This document shows positions 26,601 through 39,223 of a stretch of 64,000 bases of DNA, one piece after another. Source of the stretch: Lingula anatina. Its lineage: Eukaryota; Animalia; Brachiopoda. Made by a program: the position numbers and the translations under genes. The stretch's first letter is position 1, and every line of letters starts with the position of its first letter. The stretch lies in contig CM120646.1 in NCBI GenBank assembly GCA_051362555.1, positions 21,390,001-21,454,000 on the forward strand. The letters are read 5' to 3'. The notes under the pieces are model-generated. The model was not told where the DNA came from and did not search any database. It was given only the letters and a program-made list of their open reading frames with translations.

Positions 26601-29600
26601 CCACCAACGGAGACAGTACCATGTTCAACGAAAGCTCCATCTTCACCATGGACAACGATGACAGCAGTAGTGTGGCGCCATCTGGCAGGAGCAGCAAGCG
26701 GGGCAGTGATGATGAGCACGAGGACGGGGAAGATGAAAGTGGAAACGAGAGCGAGGGTCCAGAGGGAGAGGGCCATGCTGATGCAGAGGCTGAACATGAG
26801 GTATGGAACTTGATCTGACTATACCACTTGCCACAGTGTCAATACTTCTTAGTACATAAAGCATAAGTTTTGTTTTGGCCAATAAACTGAATGTTTTCCG
26901 TGCCATTTATGTCATGCTGAAGTATGTGGTATCATGTTTTCCTTGTCTTTAGCCCAAATGAGTTTTTTGACTGATAGGCATAAAAGAAATAAATTACAAG
27001 GAAAGAAGAAAATATTAGATGCTTTTGTGGCTCCTCTAAGTTCAAGTTTTGTCATAATTGCATACTATTTACACGCAGGAGGAAGAACAGGTATCACAAG
27101 AGGAATTGGAGAAGAAAATTGAGAAACTGACAAAGGTTTGGAAATAATACAGTGGTTATATGACAGAAATCTTCTTTAATTTTTCAATGTTAAAAAAAAA
27201 AGAAAATTAAATGCATAGATAGTGGAAAGTTATTCACTTCCAACTGTCTATCTGATTCTAAAGGATGTTTAACAATTTTCCATTTCTGGCACTTTCTTAT
27301 TTATTTTCGGACATCAAGATTAACAATGTTTCATAGCACTGTGCCATTTTTGTATTCTTGTTATTATCTTTTTTATGTTCAAGCCTAGCAGTAATTTCTC
27401 TCTAAGCATATTCCCGTTATTATTATTAATATGTTTCCTTGGTGATATTTTAGCAACAAGGTCAGTACAGAAACAAGGTATTTGATGCAGCTCAAAAGTT
27501 ACGTGCAATGGCGTTTGGTCAAGACCGCTACAAACGCCGTTACTGGGTGCTGCCATACTGTGGAGGAATATTTGTGGAGGGGAAAGAATCCAGCGAACTG
27601 CCAACTGATGAGGAGAAGGATAGTTTAAAAACAGAAGACCAAAAATGTTCTTTGTCAGTTACAGAAAATTTAGAAGGGAACAAAGTAGCAGAGAATTCTG
27701 ATGTCAAAAAGGAAAAGGGTTCCACTTGTAAATCACCAAAAATCAAAACCGAAATGAGCACATTGCCAATAAATGGGGCTGTCAACATTCCTGATCAAAA
27801 AACTCAAAGTGAGGATAAATCAAGCACCAATTTGTTCCTCCAGGAGCCAAGCACTACCAAGTTCAGTGACCTAATTCAGCCAAAGTCTGAGGAAAACAGT
27901 TTGAAAGTGGCGACAGGGAGTATGGACAGTAAAGGGAACAGCAGCATGACCTCTCCGACCTCCACCCCTGCAAAGCCTGGTTTCATGAGCATTGACAGTA
28001 TACTGAAGAAAGACTTTGTTAGCTCACCGAGCCTTCTTAGTTCGTCTTGTCTCACTACAACTCTGAGTTCCACTGTGAACAGCACAATTGATATGGTGAT
28101 GAAGAACCACAGTGTGGAGCCCATCAACCAATCCTGGTTCAGCATCATTCCCAGAGTTCCCTGCGATGACAGCTCAATTGTACACAGCCCGGATACTCCT
28201 AAAACAAAGACTAGTCTGGAGACCTCGCATTCCTCATCGTTTGGAAGCCATAGTGCATTTAGTCCATTCCAAAAATTGAACTCCACTCCAACTTTTGCTG
28301 GCTTCCAAATGGGCCAGATTGGCAACCAGCAGGGCTATGCATACCCTGGTTTACCAGTGTTTGGATCTAGTCCAATACCTCACTCAGGACCAAACTCTAA
28401 GCCGGATACTCAGGGTACGTCACATGGTGCAATAGAGACAGTGGCAGGGCTCAAAGAGGTTCCAGCGGAAGCTTTAAACCAACACTCAGAGCCTAAACCT
28501 ATACCTAAAGGTAGGCCTCTCTCCCATGCTCTCTCTCTCTCTTGTGCCTGTAAAAAACTAATGGATAGAAAGCAAAACCTGACAGATAGATAGCAAATAT
28601 TTGTAGTTCAAAATTTACAAGGTGCCATAGAAAAATACTCCCATTATTAAATGACATCTTTGTTTAGAGTACCTGACTTACACATGTTCATCCATGTTTT
28701 TTTTTCCACTGTAGAGCTTGAGCGTGGCTGGTGGAGGATCACAGACCCCAATCAGCTGAAGCAGGTGATGAAATGTCTGCATATGAGAGGGATAAGGGAG
28801 AGAGCCCTGCAGAAGACAGTACAGAAATACAACGACTATGCATGTACAGCTTGCAGCAAAGGAAGCAAAGAAGGTAAACTGAATAGTATTCACTTATATC
28901 CTAGGTCAAGGTCAAATTGTAATAACCAGTTGATATTTTCACATCATGCTTTTTAAAGTTCTTTCGAAAAAAAAATAATAAAAGAAAAATAAAAGAAAAA
29001 AATAATAATAAAATAAAAAGAAAAGAAAAGAAAAAAGAAAAAATTACACACATGCATGAATGGCATGTGACATAAAATAGACCCCCCCCCTTAAAAATAG
29101 ATAAATAGAAGAAAAAAAAAACCTTGCCAAACTGAAATGTTCTTCTTTTTCTCATTACTTCAGCCACAGAGTTGGAGATCACAGACCAGGACAAGAAGAT
29201 CTCGCAGACAGAGGCAGGTGCCCCTGACCCTGACCCCCGCGACCTCTGGCTGCCAGAGACTGCCCTGGACCTGGAGATCTCCGTCCTGGAGGATGTGGAG
29301 AGTTTGGAGGAGAGGATATTTAATGCCAGTTTACAAGTTAAGGTTAGTTCATCCAATTTACAAAATTAAAAAGAAGGATTTTTCAAAGCTCTTAGACAAA
29401 GCAGACTACTGAAAATATTAGTGGTAATTTTAGATTTCTTACCTATATCTGTAGATTTGCGCTGCATGAAAGTCAATTTTTTTTCATGCCAACAGTATTT
29501 TAGGCTTTCTGGCATGATTGCTCAATGGACAGAAAATTTATAAAACTAAAACAGACTAAAATTGTACAAGACACTATATAATAACCAATAACAGTGGGAG

Positions 29601-31122
29601 ATAGGGGGTTAGGGGGTCCTGACACCCCCCCTTTGGTTTTGGCTCTTGAAATAAATATTTTGACCAGCTGAATCGTAGTTCTAAATGTACCAATAGTACC
29701 AAATAGCACTGTTTACCATCCAAAACACTAAAAATTTTCATGGCTCTTGAGCTGAGCGAGGTATGGCTTCACATTCTGTCATTCTTAAACCCCCTTTCAA
29801 ATAATCCTGGATTTGCCCCTGTATAAATGTTGTGTCCTCATGGTTCCAGGGTTGGAAGCTGCCCCCCAAGGCAACAGAAGAGGAAGAGGTAAAGTTGGTC
29901 TCCAGGACAACCATCATTAAGAAGGACGATGAGTTCTATCCACTGGAGCTGGCCAAAGAGAGACTGGTGAATTTAGAAAACAACATCGAGAGAAGATATC
30001 TGAAGCCTCCCTTTATCAAGTCGTAAGTATTACACAAAACATGCGTCCTGGGGAAGTTTTTTAGCAAGGAGGGGTTTTTATCAGATGTGAGGTTTTACAT
30101 GTACTTATCAGCATTACATTGCATTACGGCTTAGCTACCAAGTTCAAAAATGGGCAGTTAAATTGTGTCATTGGTAATGTTATTTTTAACCACAAGTGGA
30201 AGATAATTTAGACAAATGAAAATGAAGTTAAATATGTGCAACATTGATACCAGATTCCTGACATGATATTCTGGTGTAGATTGGTGGTAGCACATCCAAG
30301 GTTGGAGTGAGTTAAAAAACGATAGTCAGAATGGGATGACACCCCACTTTTAAAGTTAGTCTCTGTCAATAAAGCCCGGCTCGTTAACACTTATCTACTT
30401 GACCTTCAGACCAGAGCTGGACATGACCAAGCTGACCAAGCCAGGGAACGAGAGTCCGTCCTCCTCAGACGACAGCGACACAGACGACACCACACCAGCT
30501 CTGTTGCTATGGCGACGGGCTGTCACCTCGGCAACGAATCCATCCCAGCTGATGATGTGTGTACTACAGCTGAACAAGGCCATAGCCTGGGAGAAAAGCA
30601 TAATGAAAGTGGTATGTGACCTTCACTAAGATGAAATCCATCTTTATATGTTTGTGACCTTTGCCAAATAGAAATCCACTCTGATTTTGGGTTTACTAAT
30701 AAAGTCATGGTTTTGATTCTGTTAAAAAGTATTCTGTGACCAAAAAGATAATGATTCTATATACCTATTTTATCACACCAGTAAATTTAAGCTGACCTTA
30801 TTTCAGCCTCTTAAAGCCAAGAAAGTCAGTATTGAGATTTGTGCTAATCTGGTGTGAAAAATAAAGAGGTCATTTGCTGAATTTCTATTCTTCTATTTGA
30901 ATTTGCTGGCCATACCCCTGTATATATCATCCAGATTTCAGACTTTGTATTATTTTCCTTCATTTTCCAAGTTGAAAACCAGTTTTAGATTATTTGACAT
31001 TAAATTTTATAATTTCATTTCAGTCCTGCCAGATCTGCCATCTTGATGATAACGAGGCAGAGTTATTGCTGTGTGACAGCTGTGACAAGGGGTTCCACAC
31101 CTACTGCTTCAAGGTATAATAT

Positions 31123-31182
<60 letters not shown>

Positions 31183-33331
31183 TTCACAGTGTGCTAGGGA
31201 TAGCAATTTACACTCAGATTATAATCAAAATGTTGATGATATTGATATAGTTATCAATATTGATATGGAGTCATTATGACTACTTCCCTGGCACTTGATG
31301 TTCCTCTTCAAAGGAAAAAGAAACTCCATGATTCAGGGATCTGTTAATGTGCAGGTGTTCAGTTTTAACTTAGTAGGATTTCTAAGTTAAAAAAGAGAAA
31401 AAAAAAACTGATGGTAACATGATCAATGTGTGATATATATTTTGAACATTTCAGCCTAAGATGGAGAATATTCCAGACGGAGATTGGTACTGTTACGAGT
31501 GTATCTCCAAGGCTTCAGGTCATCCACACTGTCTGGTGTGTGGGAGGAAGAACGGCAAGATGGCGGAATGTGACAAGTGCGATAAGGCGTACCACATTGA
31601 TTGCTTAAATCCTCCGTTACCCAGGTGAGAGAGGATTCATTTATTTATTTTTATAATAAGTTATTTATTTATTTTATCTCCAAACAGCTTTGGTAATGAG
31701 AGCAATGTTTCTGGACCAGTAAAAAAGGAAATGTTACTGTGTACTCCTAAACATGCATTTCCTAGTGTTTTGGCAAATTTTTTCCCCAATTTTCAGCAAT
31801 TCATCTACTTGTCATTCAAAATTTTCTGCTTTTAAACTTCACATCAACTTTTTGTTTTAATCTCAGACTGCCAAGAAAGTACACCTGTATTTCCTGTCTA
31901 ATGAACAAAACCAAATGTAAAGGGAAAAGGGGACGGAAGAGCAAGCAAGAGAAGGAACTAGAAATATTGACGGAAGCAGCTAAGGCAGCCGGGGAGAAGA
32001 GGAGTAAGGAAGAAAATGCCATGGATCTTACACCTTGTGGGTAAGTGATTCAGAAGTCAAATAGACAGCAGGATTTTTTTAAATAACATCCTTGGCAAAA
32101 TGTTTGTAATCCAAGTTCGTACTTACAACACTGTGTCGTGTCCCACATAGGTATCTTATGACTGCATGGTCTCAATTTTTCTGAAAATTATCAAATGCTT
32201 CTAGAGACTGTGATCTCATTCAAGAACAAGTTAATCAACTTAATTGCATATTTTTCTGTGTGTGAAATAAAGTAAAATAAAGTATGGTTTTGGAAGCGCA
32301 CATGGAAATCCATTATAGGCCTATACACCTACCATTTAAGTGTTGATCTCCTAGTGCAACAATGGCTAGTTAAAATATAGAAAAAAACAAGCAAATATTT
32401 GCTAAATACACACTGTAATATGACTAAATGTCATTGTATTGTCTCCTAGTATAATGTTGGAGGAGTTAGAGGACCATGAGGATGGTTGGCCCTTCCTAAA
32501 GCCAGTGAACACCAGGCAGTTCCCTCAGTACAGGAAGGTGATCAAGCAGCCCATGGATTTTGCCACCATGAGAGCCAAACTAGAGGACAACGAGTGAGTA
32601 ATATTAATAAAGAAAAAAAAAAGAGGAATGGTTCTGAGCAAAGGGCACTGAGAATTGTTGCTGGCTAGTTTCATGTCATGAAAGACCCAAAAGGTTGTAA
32701 ACTTTTTGTTTGAGTCTTTGAAGCAAACAGTGATAATCATTGTGTGGATAAGGGCTTTACCATCATGAAAGTCAAGCTTTAGGACAGTGAGTGAATTATA
32801 ATATAAGGCTACTTTTCCCAGGAGAACATAAGGGGAAATTGGGGTCTTTTTCACATATTTAAACAACTTAAGTAGTATATAGGCCCTTGCAAAGGCTACT
32901 AAGAATTTTGGCTAAATTGCATATCATAAATCGTCAAAAATACTGCAAGACTTGTTATTTAGTTGTATTTTTTAAAATCCTAGGGCAATTTTAATCACCA
33001 TGTCTATATATATTAACCTACTGTTACTGTCAGTAGCCCATTGAGATATACTTATTTAACTACATGTCCCCAGGAGTTTTACATGTTACAAATTTATTTT
33101 AATAGTATTATAAGCTTCAAGACTATGTATGTCTTTTCTTTCAAACTCAGAAGAACTGTATTGTATCATTTCAGTTACAAGACTCGCCAGGAGTTTGCCT
33201 CAGACGTCAGGATCATCTTTGACAATTGTCAGACATTCAACGAGGACGATTCTGATGTTGGTCAAGCTGGCCATAACATGAGGAAGTACTTTGAAGTGAG
33301 GTGGAAGGAGCTGTGTAAAATACACTCCTAG
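1425..33331 (+). CDS. BAZ2B: Bromodomain adjacent to zinc finger domain 2B / toutatis-like protein (multi-exon, 5' partial)
   Basis: Phase-consistent GT-AG exons: 1425-1568, 2507-2907, 3068-3169, 3745-4665, 4900-5028, 5297-5542, 5979-6132, 6508-6630, 7009-7072, 7319-7430, 7818-7925, 10365-10533, 10928-11020, 11319-11434, 12642-12707, 13427-13471, 18806-18934, 19200-19277, 19673-19784, 20199-20338, 20797-20904, 21213-21322, 25885-25959, 26539-26800, 27079-27135, 27454-28510, 28715-28873, 29164-29342, 29850-30022, 30410-30611, 31024-31113, 31455-31624, 31867-32040, 32450-32593, 33175-33331 (TAG). Recognised motifs: DWWR, KRHKVTDERAL..GWKR (MBD), ERERRRQHMM, FADCLMVVEFLHNFG (DDT), FGQDRYKRRYWVLP, LHMRGIRERAL, AIAWEKSIMK, PHD fingers, bromodomain. 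Confidence 0.93.
7009..7925 (+). CDS. BAZ2B: BAZ2B MBD/TAM domain exons (7009-7072, 7319-7430, 7818-7925)
   Basis: Spliced translation: RKRHKVTDERALFIPMEEGWKRHTHVRTLGPRGILGEVIYLAPCGKRLKTYPDITRYLARNNITHLTKDHFTFSTKFNIGVFYRQNLTGKPM. Matches the MBD pattern GWxR...VxYxAPCGKxLR. Confidence 0.9.
7859..10057 (+). repeat. 76-bp tandem array (~29 copies) spanning the exon 7818-7925 / intron junction of BAZ2B
   Basis: Unit ctttaccttcagtactaagtttaacattggagtcttctacagacagaatctaacaggaaaacctatggtaagatta, period 76 (7859 to 7935). Last donor-like copy at 10053. Copies are near-identical with recurrent point variants and one 1-bp deletion near 8652. Confidence 0.97.
13074..13363. repeat. 145-bp direct tandem duplication (2 copies) in a BAZ2B intron
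   Basis: accctttgtgaataaagc...tttgccattgtccag at 13074-13218 and 13219-13363, with a few substitutions. Confidence 0.93.
14582..14648. repeat. (ATTT)n microsatellite
   Basis: Visible directly in the sequence. Confidence 0.9.
15191..15359. mobile_element. Short MITE with CAGGGGCGGAT termini (hAT-like ends)
   Basis: 11-bp TIR caggggcggat...atccgcccctg, flanked on both sides by tatat. CpG-rich compared with the surrounding intron. Confidence 0.7.
15786..15827 (+). CDS. Candidate 42-nt alternative microexon of BAZ2B (ERERQQHMMFVLNL)
   Basis: Long polypyrimidine tract, cttag acceptor and ttg|gtaggt donor. Phase 0-0, matching the flanking exons. The peptide resembles the start of exon 18806 (ERERRRQHMMLVKAL). 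Confidence 0.6.
17480..17521 (+). CDS. Candidate alternative microexon of BAZ2B (EVERQLYANM, 30 nt, or EVERQLYANMVLTL, 42 nt)
   Basis: Pyrimidine tract containing TGC, ctcag acceptor, and two in-frame donors (atg|gtactc after 17509, ttg|gtatgt after 17521). Phase 0-0. Confidence 0.6.
19673..20338 (+). CDS. BAZ2B: BAZ2B DDT domain exons (19673-19784, 20199-20338)
   Basis: PLPTLNRIPGVKLPGPAFADCLMVVEFLHNFGNALGLDKDSIPSLNTIQMGMLN... Confidence 0.9.
20608..20684. repeat. (TA)n microsatellite
   Basis: Visible directly in the sequence. Confidence 0.95.
21595..25080 (+). mobile_element. Non-autonomous Helentron/DINE(HINE)-like element containing a satellite array
   Basis: 14-bp subterminal inverted repeat attgtaccaccagc (21595-21608) / gctggtggtacaat (25032-25045). 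5' hairpin tgtaccaccagcg-ttag-cgctggcggtaca, short (ccgccggct)n repeat, 3' stem-loop gaggcg-gtat-cgcctc (25051-25066), then ctag-ttt. No transposase ORF seen. Confidence 0.78.
22578..24873. repeat. 146-bp satellite array (~15.5 copies) inside the Helentron-like element
   Basis: ataggtccatag recurs at 22604, 22750, 22896 ... 24792. The edge copies are more diverged. Confidence 0.96.
25099..25684. mobile_element. MITE with ~28-bp terminal inverted repeats, possible TA target duplication
   Basis: tatagactcgcccttcaagaaatcgacg ... cgtcgatttcttgaagggcaagtctata (1 mismatch). An additional internal inverted copy lies at ~25441-25475. Confidence 0.8.
29592..29821. mobile_element. Degenerate MITE related to the CAGGGGCGGAT family
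   Basis: Ends in ggatttgcccctg and begins with the degenerate TIR cagtgggagat, followed by G-runs. Confidence 0.45.
31024..31900 (+). CDS. BAZ2B: BAZ2B tandem PHD fingers (exons 31024-31113, 31455-31624, start of 31867)
   Basis: CQICHLDDNEAELLLCDSCDKGFHTYCFKPKMENIPDGDWYCYEC followed by CLVCGRKNGKMAECDKCDKAYHIDCLNPPLPRLPRKYTCISC, i.e. two C4HC3 patterns. Confidence 0.92.
31125..31180. repeat. (GT)n microsatellite
   Basis: Visible directly in the sequence. Confidence 0.95.
32450..33331 (+). CDS. BAZ2B: BAZ2B bromodomain exons (32450-32593, 33175-33331)
   Basis: HEDGWPFLKPVNTRQFPQYRKVIKQPMDFATM...YKTRQEFASDVRIIFDNCQTFNEDDSDVGQAGHNMRKYFEVRW; contains the WPF shelf and the conserved Asn. Confidence 0.95.
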
Positions 33332-33491
33332 CCAGGGGTCATTTATAGCCTGAAAAATATCACGCTTATCTGGGAGTTGTTCATACCCAGTGACTTGCGG
33401 GTATTCTGGAAGATGGTCTAATTGTTTTCTGGAAAGATGGATGGATGTAAGCAGGCTTAGATCTTTAATTTATTATCAGTATGATTACTGG

Positions 33492-33526
<35 letters not shown>

Positions 33527-35403
33527 GCAGTCTTTGGAAGGCAGTGTTGATAGCATTGTGGAAGGCAGTTGCTAGCATAGTTAAGTCTGTCGAAGTTTGA
33601 AAGTAAAACATGCTGTGAAATAACCATATGCTTGGTTTATTATAATTATGCCCTTTTCACACCCAGTGGTACAGTTAACTGGCCCAGGTAGCTTCCTGAG
33701 GTCCTTCCATTTAACCATGCTGCAGGGGGGGGTCCCTCTCAAAAGTTCTGCACAAGTGGGTTTTCTGCTGTTAAGTTAATTGGCATAGGGTTCAACAAAA
33801 CTGTAGTTGTACCTAGACTTATCAAACTCCTTGGGGACTCTTGCTGAATGCAATCTGATTAACAGGTCTCATGCTGGCATTGTGTAGACTGTTTCAAACT
33901 TGTAGACTCTGTTTATGTGGATAATCAGACCATTAAGTTATCAATCTCCCAAAGTGGACCAGTCCAGTGAAAGTGTACCACTTGATGTGGAAAAAGATCT
34001 TAGTCCATCCCTATATTACATGGACCCAACCTGGGACTCTTGCCATATGCTTTCTTGCAATGTGTTGAGAAATAAACCATGTTTCTAAATATAGGTATGA
34101 TTTTGAACCTTTAAAATTTGTGCAATAAGCTTAAGTATGCATCTATCTTTTTCTTCCTTCTGAATGTCTGCGTCGTAAGTAGGTAAACTTTGAAACCTTC
34201 TCTCAGTAATGGTGGACCTTGTAAAACTATAAAACTGGTGTCTTATCAGAAATTCTGCTTACATTGCTTGCATTTATACATGGCAGTTTCTAGTTATTTA
34301 AGGAACAAGATGATTTTGTGAACGAGAACAAATGTTGGTGCTTAAAAACCATTGTATTTCACAGCAACAGTTCAGAAAATGTCCATAAGTTTCTTGAATG
34401 ATGCCTTTGCATTAGTACAATTTCAAGCTTAGCCTTACACATTTTGCGGAAATAGGACATAACTGGCTGTTGTCATTTTGGCACTGACATCAACAAAGAC
34501 ATCTTTGATTTTCCATGCTAGTGGCACCATACTAATTTTACCATCTTTCAGTGTTGCTAAAATTTTCATGCTTGTGAAAAAATGTTTATCAATTTTTTGT
34601 TTATTAATTTTTCATGAAGTATGTCATTTCTTCACCTAAATTTAGAATTTAGAGCTGATGCACATTAAGATTGAAGTCTTTTTTCTTATTTGATCTCAAT
34701 TCTGAAATGTTGTCTTTAAATATTTTGGATGTACATGTAGGATAGGTTTACAGACAATTTTAGACAGTGAAAAATTGCATGTATGCCCAGTGTAATATTT
34801 GTAGACTTTTCCGCATTGAAAGTAGAAATTGTGTTGAAAAGAAAAGATTATAATCCACCATTTGGGGTCCATTTTCAATTTTACGTTAGGCACAGTTCAC
34901 TTAAGTAAATTTGTCAACTATGTTAATCAGTTGGTAACTATGGTGTAAACTTCTGTAAACAGAGAGTCACTTTTCTCCAGGATTTTACTGTCTGGCTTGA
35001 CAGTAACGCTTATCTCATCTTCTGATTGAAGAACCGTGCACAGAAACTGAAAAAGTAGTAACTAAGAAAATTGATTTTTTTTCTCTCAGACAATGATGCT
35101 GACTAGGTATCTCCCCGGATGTGCATGTTATTTATGAAACCAAAGGATAACTAGATGGCATTTTAAATATTAATAATAGTTGTTTTCAGAAATATTCCTA
35201 GGAGATAAAAAGGCAATGTAGAGATAAAGAACAGTTATATACTTACTGAAGTATTGGGTTCCTGCGAAAAAAGATGCAATGATTGTAGTTTATTATATAC
35301 CTCATGCATTTCGTCTTTCAAAGAGAAACTGTATATTTATGTTTTCAAGTATTTTGTATTTATTTATTTATTTTTTGTTTGTTTTGTTTTTTTTACAGTA
35401 CAT

Positions 35404-35430
35404 AATAAAGTTTAAAAAGTATAAAATAAA
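35404..35430 (+). promoter_or_regulatory. Probable BAZ2B polyadenylation signals (3' UTR ~2.1 kb)
   Basis: AATAAA at 35404 and 35425, with a U-rich stretch upstream and a GT/T-rich element (gttgtgtgtgcttttt) downstream. Confidence 0.55.
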
Positions 35431-35855
35431 ACCCAAGTTGTGTGTGCTTTTTTCTCATCGGTCTGTCTGTCCGTGTCGTCGCCGTCGCTGTCCGACACGA
35501 AACAAACCCCTTTGTTTGAGTTACAGTTTAAATGTTTATGAAAAACATCCTTACCAATTTACCATGACCAAACCGCTACAAAATATTTCGGAACGCGATG
35601 TAATATTTAAATTATATGATCTGGAACATATGTTACCATTTCGGCTCCTTGCATAATGTTTAGACAGTAAAAATTAAAAGTAGTCAGTCGCTCACTGTAG
35701 GTAAATAAGCCTCTTAAACACATAAGTATTAATAAAAAAAACGTCTCAGTAGAATTTATACAAGTTGAGTTAGGCTATTTTAAAATAACAAACCAACGCA
35801 GGCGAAAACAATCTTAACTGGAAATAATAAACAATTCAAAAATGGACCAAATGTC

Positions 35856-35861
35856 TTTATT
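35856..35861 (-). promoter_or_regulatory. Probable polyadenylation signal of the mucin-like gene
   Basis: tttatt on + (AATAAA on -), ~445 nt past the stop codon at 36305. Confidence 0.45.
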
Positions 35862-36304
35862 TACAATAATATGCTCATTTACAATATCTATTTGTTATAA
35901 AAAAACTCTTTAATATCAACTCTTAAAATTGGATTCTTCCCCGGAATGTACAATCCTTTTTCATGAAAAAGTATTGCACAAGCGATAAATAGAAAACATT
36001 ATGTGATTAATGTGATATCTTTAATTACTACGAACAATATTCTTAATGGTTATCTACATCAATATATTACTATATTACACCTGGAAGCCCGTACATTAGT
36101 ATTCTTAGACATGTTTTAGATTTTGTACATAATCTCATAATTGCATTTATTTTAAATGTCTTTTTCATTGATATAGTTAAAATATTAAAAATGAACTTTG
36201 CGATAAAAAATCTCGAATAGTAATATTTTGTACACCACGATAATGTGTTGTCATGTATTTAAGGGGGGGGGGGTCAGGGTGGTGGTGGCCAGGTTGCTGT
36301 ACAG

Positions 36305-36790
36305 CTAAGCGTTACTCTCTGGTCGCAGTCGAATCTAAAAAAAAAAGATATTCGTTTAACAGAATCTGTAGAAAAAAGAAGCCAATCACCCCAATAACAA
36401 ACTGCTCAGATATTCTCAACGACGGAAAAAGTTAAAATGAAAGAACAATAAATTAAATGCACGGAATTTTTTCAAAGTATTGGACAAGAATTTTGACGGT
36501 CTCTTAGGATTTCTTATATTTAATTCTGTGCCATTTTAATATGCGTCCAAATACTCATTTATCTCATTTATGTATCATTTAATCTTTTTACATTTTTAAA
36601 TTAATAACAGCCTTATAGTGAGCATATAAGTATTAAAGGCACGTACCTGCGCCGTGTTTCTCCCTCCCGCCAGTTTAGGCCGTGATATCCTGAACTCCCG
36701 CTCAGGGTCCAGGCTGCCCGTCAGGAGGGTGTCCCAGCCAAATATGTCCGGATCAGACTGGTCTGTGAGGGAAGAAAAACAAAGAAAATA

Positions 36791-36839
<49 letters not shown>

Positions 36840-39184
36840 CATGTAGTTAAACGAAGTTAATAAACTGAACATATATTTTTTGTTGTTGCATTGAAACGTA
36901 TTTTCATTCAGTGAAATCTGAGGAATTACAATAAGAAAACTAAAACTTGCCTAAAATTTATTGCATTGTATGAATTTATGTTAATGTACACAAATTTGTG
37001 TCAGCTAAAAATTACGTAAGCAAAAGCCAAAACCAGAAAATCAGTACTCACCGCCACGCCAGTTATTATCATATATATTCATGGACTTGAATCTGTCTCT
37101 GTGAAGGTAATCTTCCCTCGAGCTTCCCGAGCTTGACCCCCGGCTACTACTGCCGGACACCGTACTGGCCAAACCTCCCCGGCCCAGGTGCTGCCAGTAG
37201 GGGGTGTACTTAGGGTGGAAGATACCTGTAGCCGGACCGTAGGAGTCGTGGAGGTAGCTGGAATAGTGGGGATTTGATTAACTTCATAAATAAAAATGTA
37301 ATTATGAGAGCGTTACTGCATACTGCAAAGCCACGTGTTTAAACGTATTTAACAAGTGAAACGTATGAATTAAATTTAACGAAACTAACAAATAAATGAA
37401 TAAATATTGTGTTGGGACAGAAGTGGTAAAATTTCCCAGATAGGATTAAACTTCATCGATTCACAGTTCCAAAGCTGACTTTGCACATACCCGTATAAAA
37501 GACAAGGCAAAATACCTTTGTTAACGAAATACAGGCAAAATACCTTTGTTAACGAAATACCCGTAACAGTTACAGTCGATTTAAGTATTTCCTACTTACT
37601 TGCGCCATCTGCTTCCTCGCTTTAGCTTCTCCTCGCGGGCCTTCTTCTTCTTGTAGACGATGACAGCTATGAGAATGCAGATGGCCACAATCAGCGCCAC
37701 TCCGCCCACAGTGCTGGCTGCTACAATGGCGATCTCGTCCTGGGTCAGTCCCACCTTGGTCTCACAGAGGTCGCCACTGAAGCCTACCTGGCATCTAATG
37801 AAATGGCAAAAACGCATTAAATACGGAAATTTGTGATTGTCAGTTGTCTTTATTGTGTTCCCACTAAAACCAGGAAGTTGGTTCTTATGATAGTGGCATC
37901 ATCAAATTGGGATACTTATGGTCAAGAGAAAACGGTACTGGTTACTTTGCTGATATAACCAACACAGCACTAACAAAGCGAATTTTTATAAGTTGCAATA
38001 ATTTAGTGATCTATGGCTCGAAGTGGATAAGTAAGTTAGTAAAATCTCTATTCACTTCACTTAAGGTTATTAAGTCTACAAGAATGTCTAAAAATTATAA
38101 AATAACTCTCAAAAAACCCATTCCTTACTGACAATTTACCCTCTGCCTATATTTGCTTCCCCATATTACCGTATGGAGACGTCCCATGCTTCACTTACCT
38201 GCAGTATCCACGGTTGCCAGTGCCGCATTGTCCCCCGTTCTGACATCCGAACACTTCACACGGTTTCAGTACAACTAGAACGAGTTGGAAAACACGTTAA
38301 ATCGGTCAATTTACAAGGGTTGTCAGTATTCTTGACTTCTTATTTTGCACTGTCATCAAAAAACTTAATTCACGTGTTGCAACATTCACAAGGCGCCGAT
38401 ATTTATATATATTTATTCTAACTATTACTAACACGAGTTTAAACTCACCTCCGTCTAGAGTGGGAGTGCCAAGCACGGGGAAGTAGACATTCACTTCGCT
38501 GAAGACGTAACTCAAGGCCTTTAACTTGGTAAGGATGTACTCCTTCATGGCCTGTCTATGAGCTGTCAGATTAGCCCCGGTCGTGTTCGTACGGACGCTG
38601 TGCTCTGTTATCAAACTGCCATGCCTGCAAATTTAATATCAATGAATATACAGTGTGGTTAAAATTATGTCTTTAAAAAATTGTGGGCGATAAAAAAAAA
38701 AACATAACACAGAAACTTCGCCCATTCGTGTACATTCGACTTCATGGCAATTGAAATGCTGTTATAACACAGTACTATTACTGTTTTATTTGTGAAAGTA
38801 AAATAAATAAAAGCATCATAACAGCCTATTTATAAACCATAGAGAGACCAATTGACCCATTTCATCATTCTAGATAAAACTTACCACGTGTTAGTAACAA
38901 CAACTTCTCTGAATCCTGGGAACGCCTGATAGAATCCCGTCAACTGAAAAATAAAACATTATTTGTTAGCTTTGTACAGGGTCTATGATATCGATTATTC
39001 ATCTATAAACAGCTCTTAAGGATTAAAATGCAATATTCATGTAGGCCTACGTTAGGTCCTCCTTTAAGGTGGCCACAGATTTCGAATTCCAAAATCAGAG
39101 TTTATATCTCACAACATATGTACAGCATGAAGAAGTGAGTCATTCTGAATGAATTACATCTTTGGAAGTCAAATGTAACATCTG

Positions 39185-39223
<39 letters not shown>

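Noticed and set aside
37505-37560. 28-bp direct duplication, and small ones near 6638-6672 and 51715-51750
   Set aside because: Ordinary intronic slippage duplications with no sign of function.
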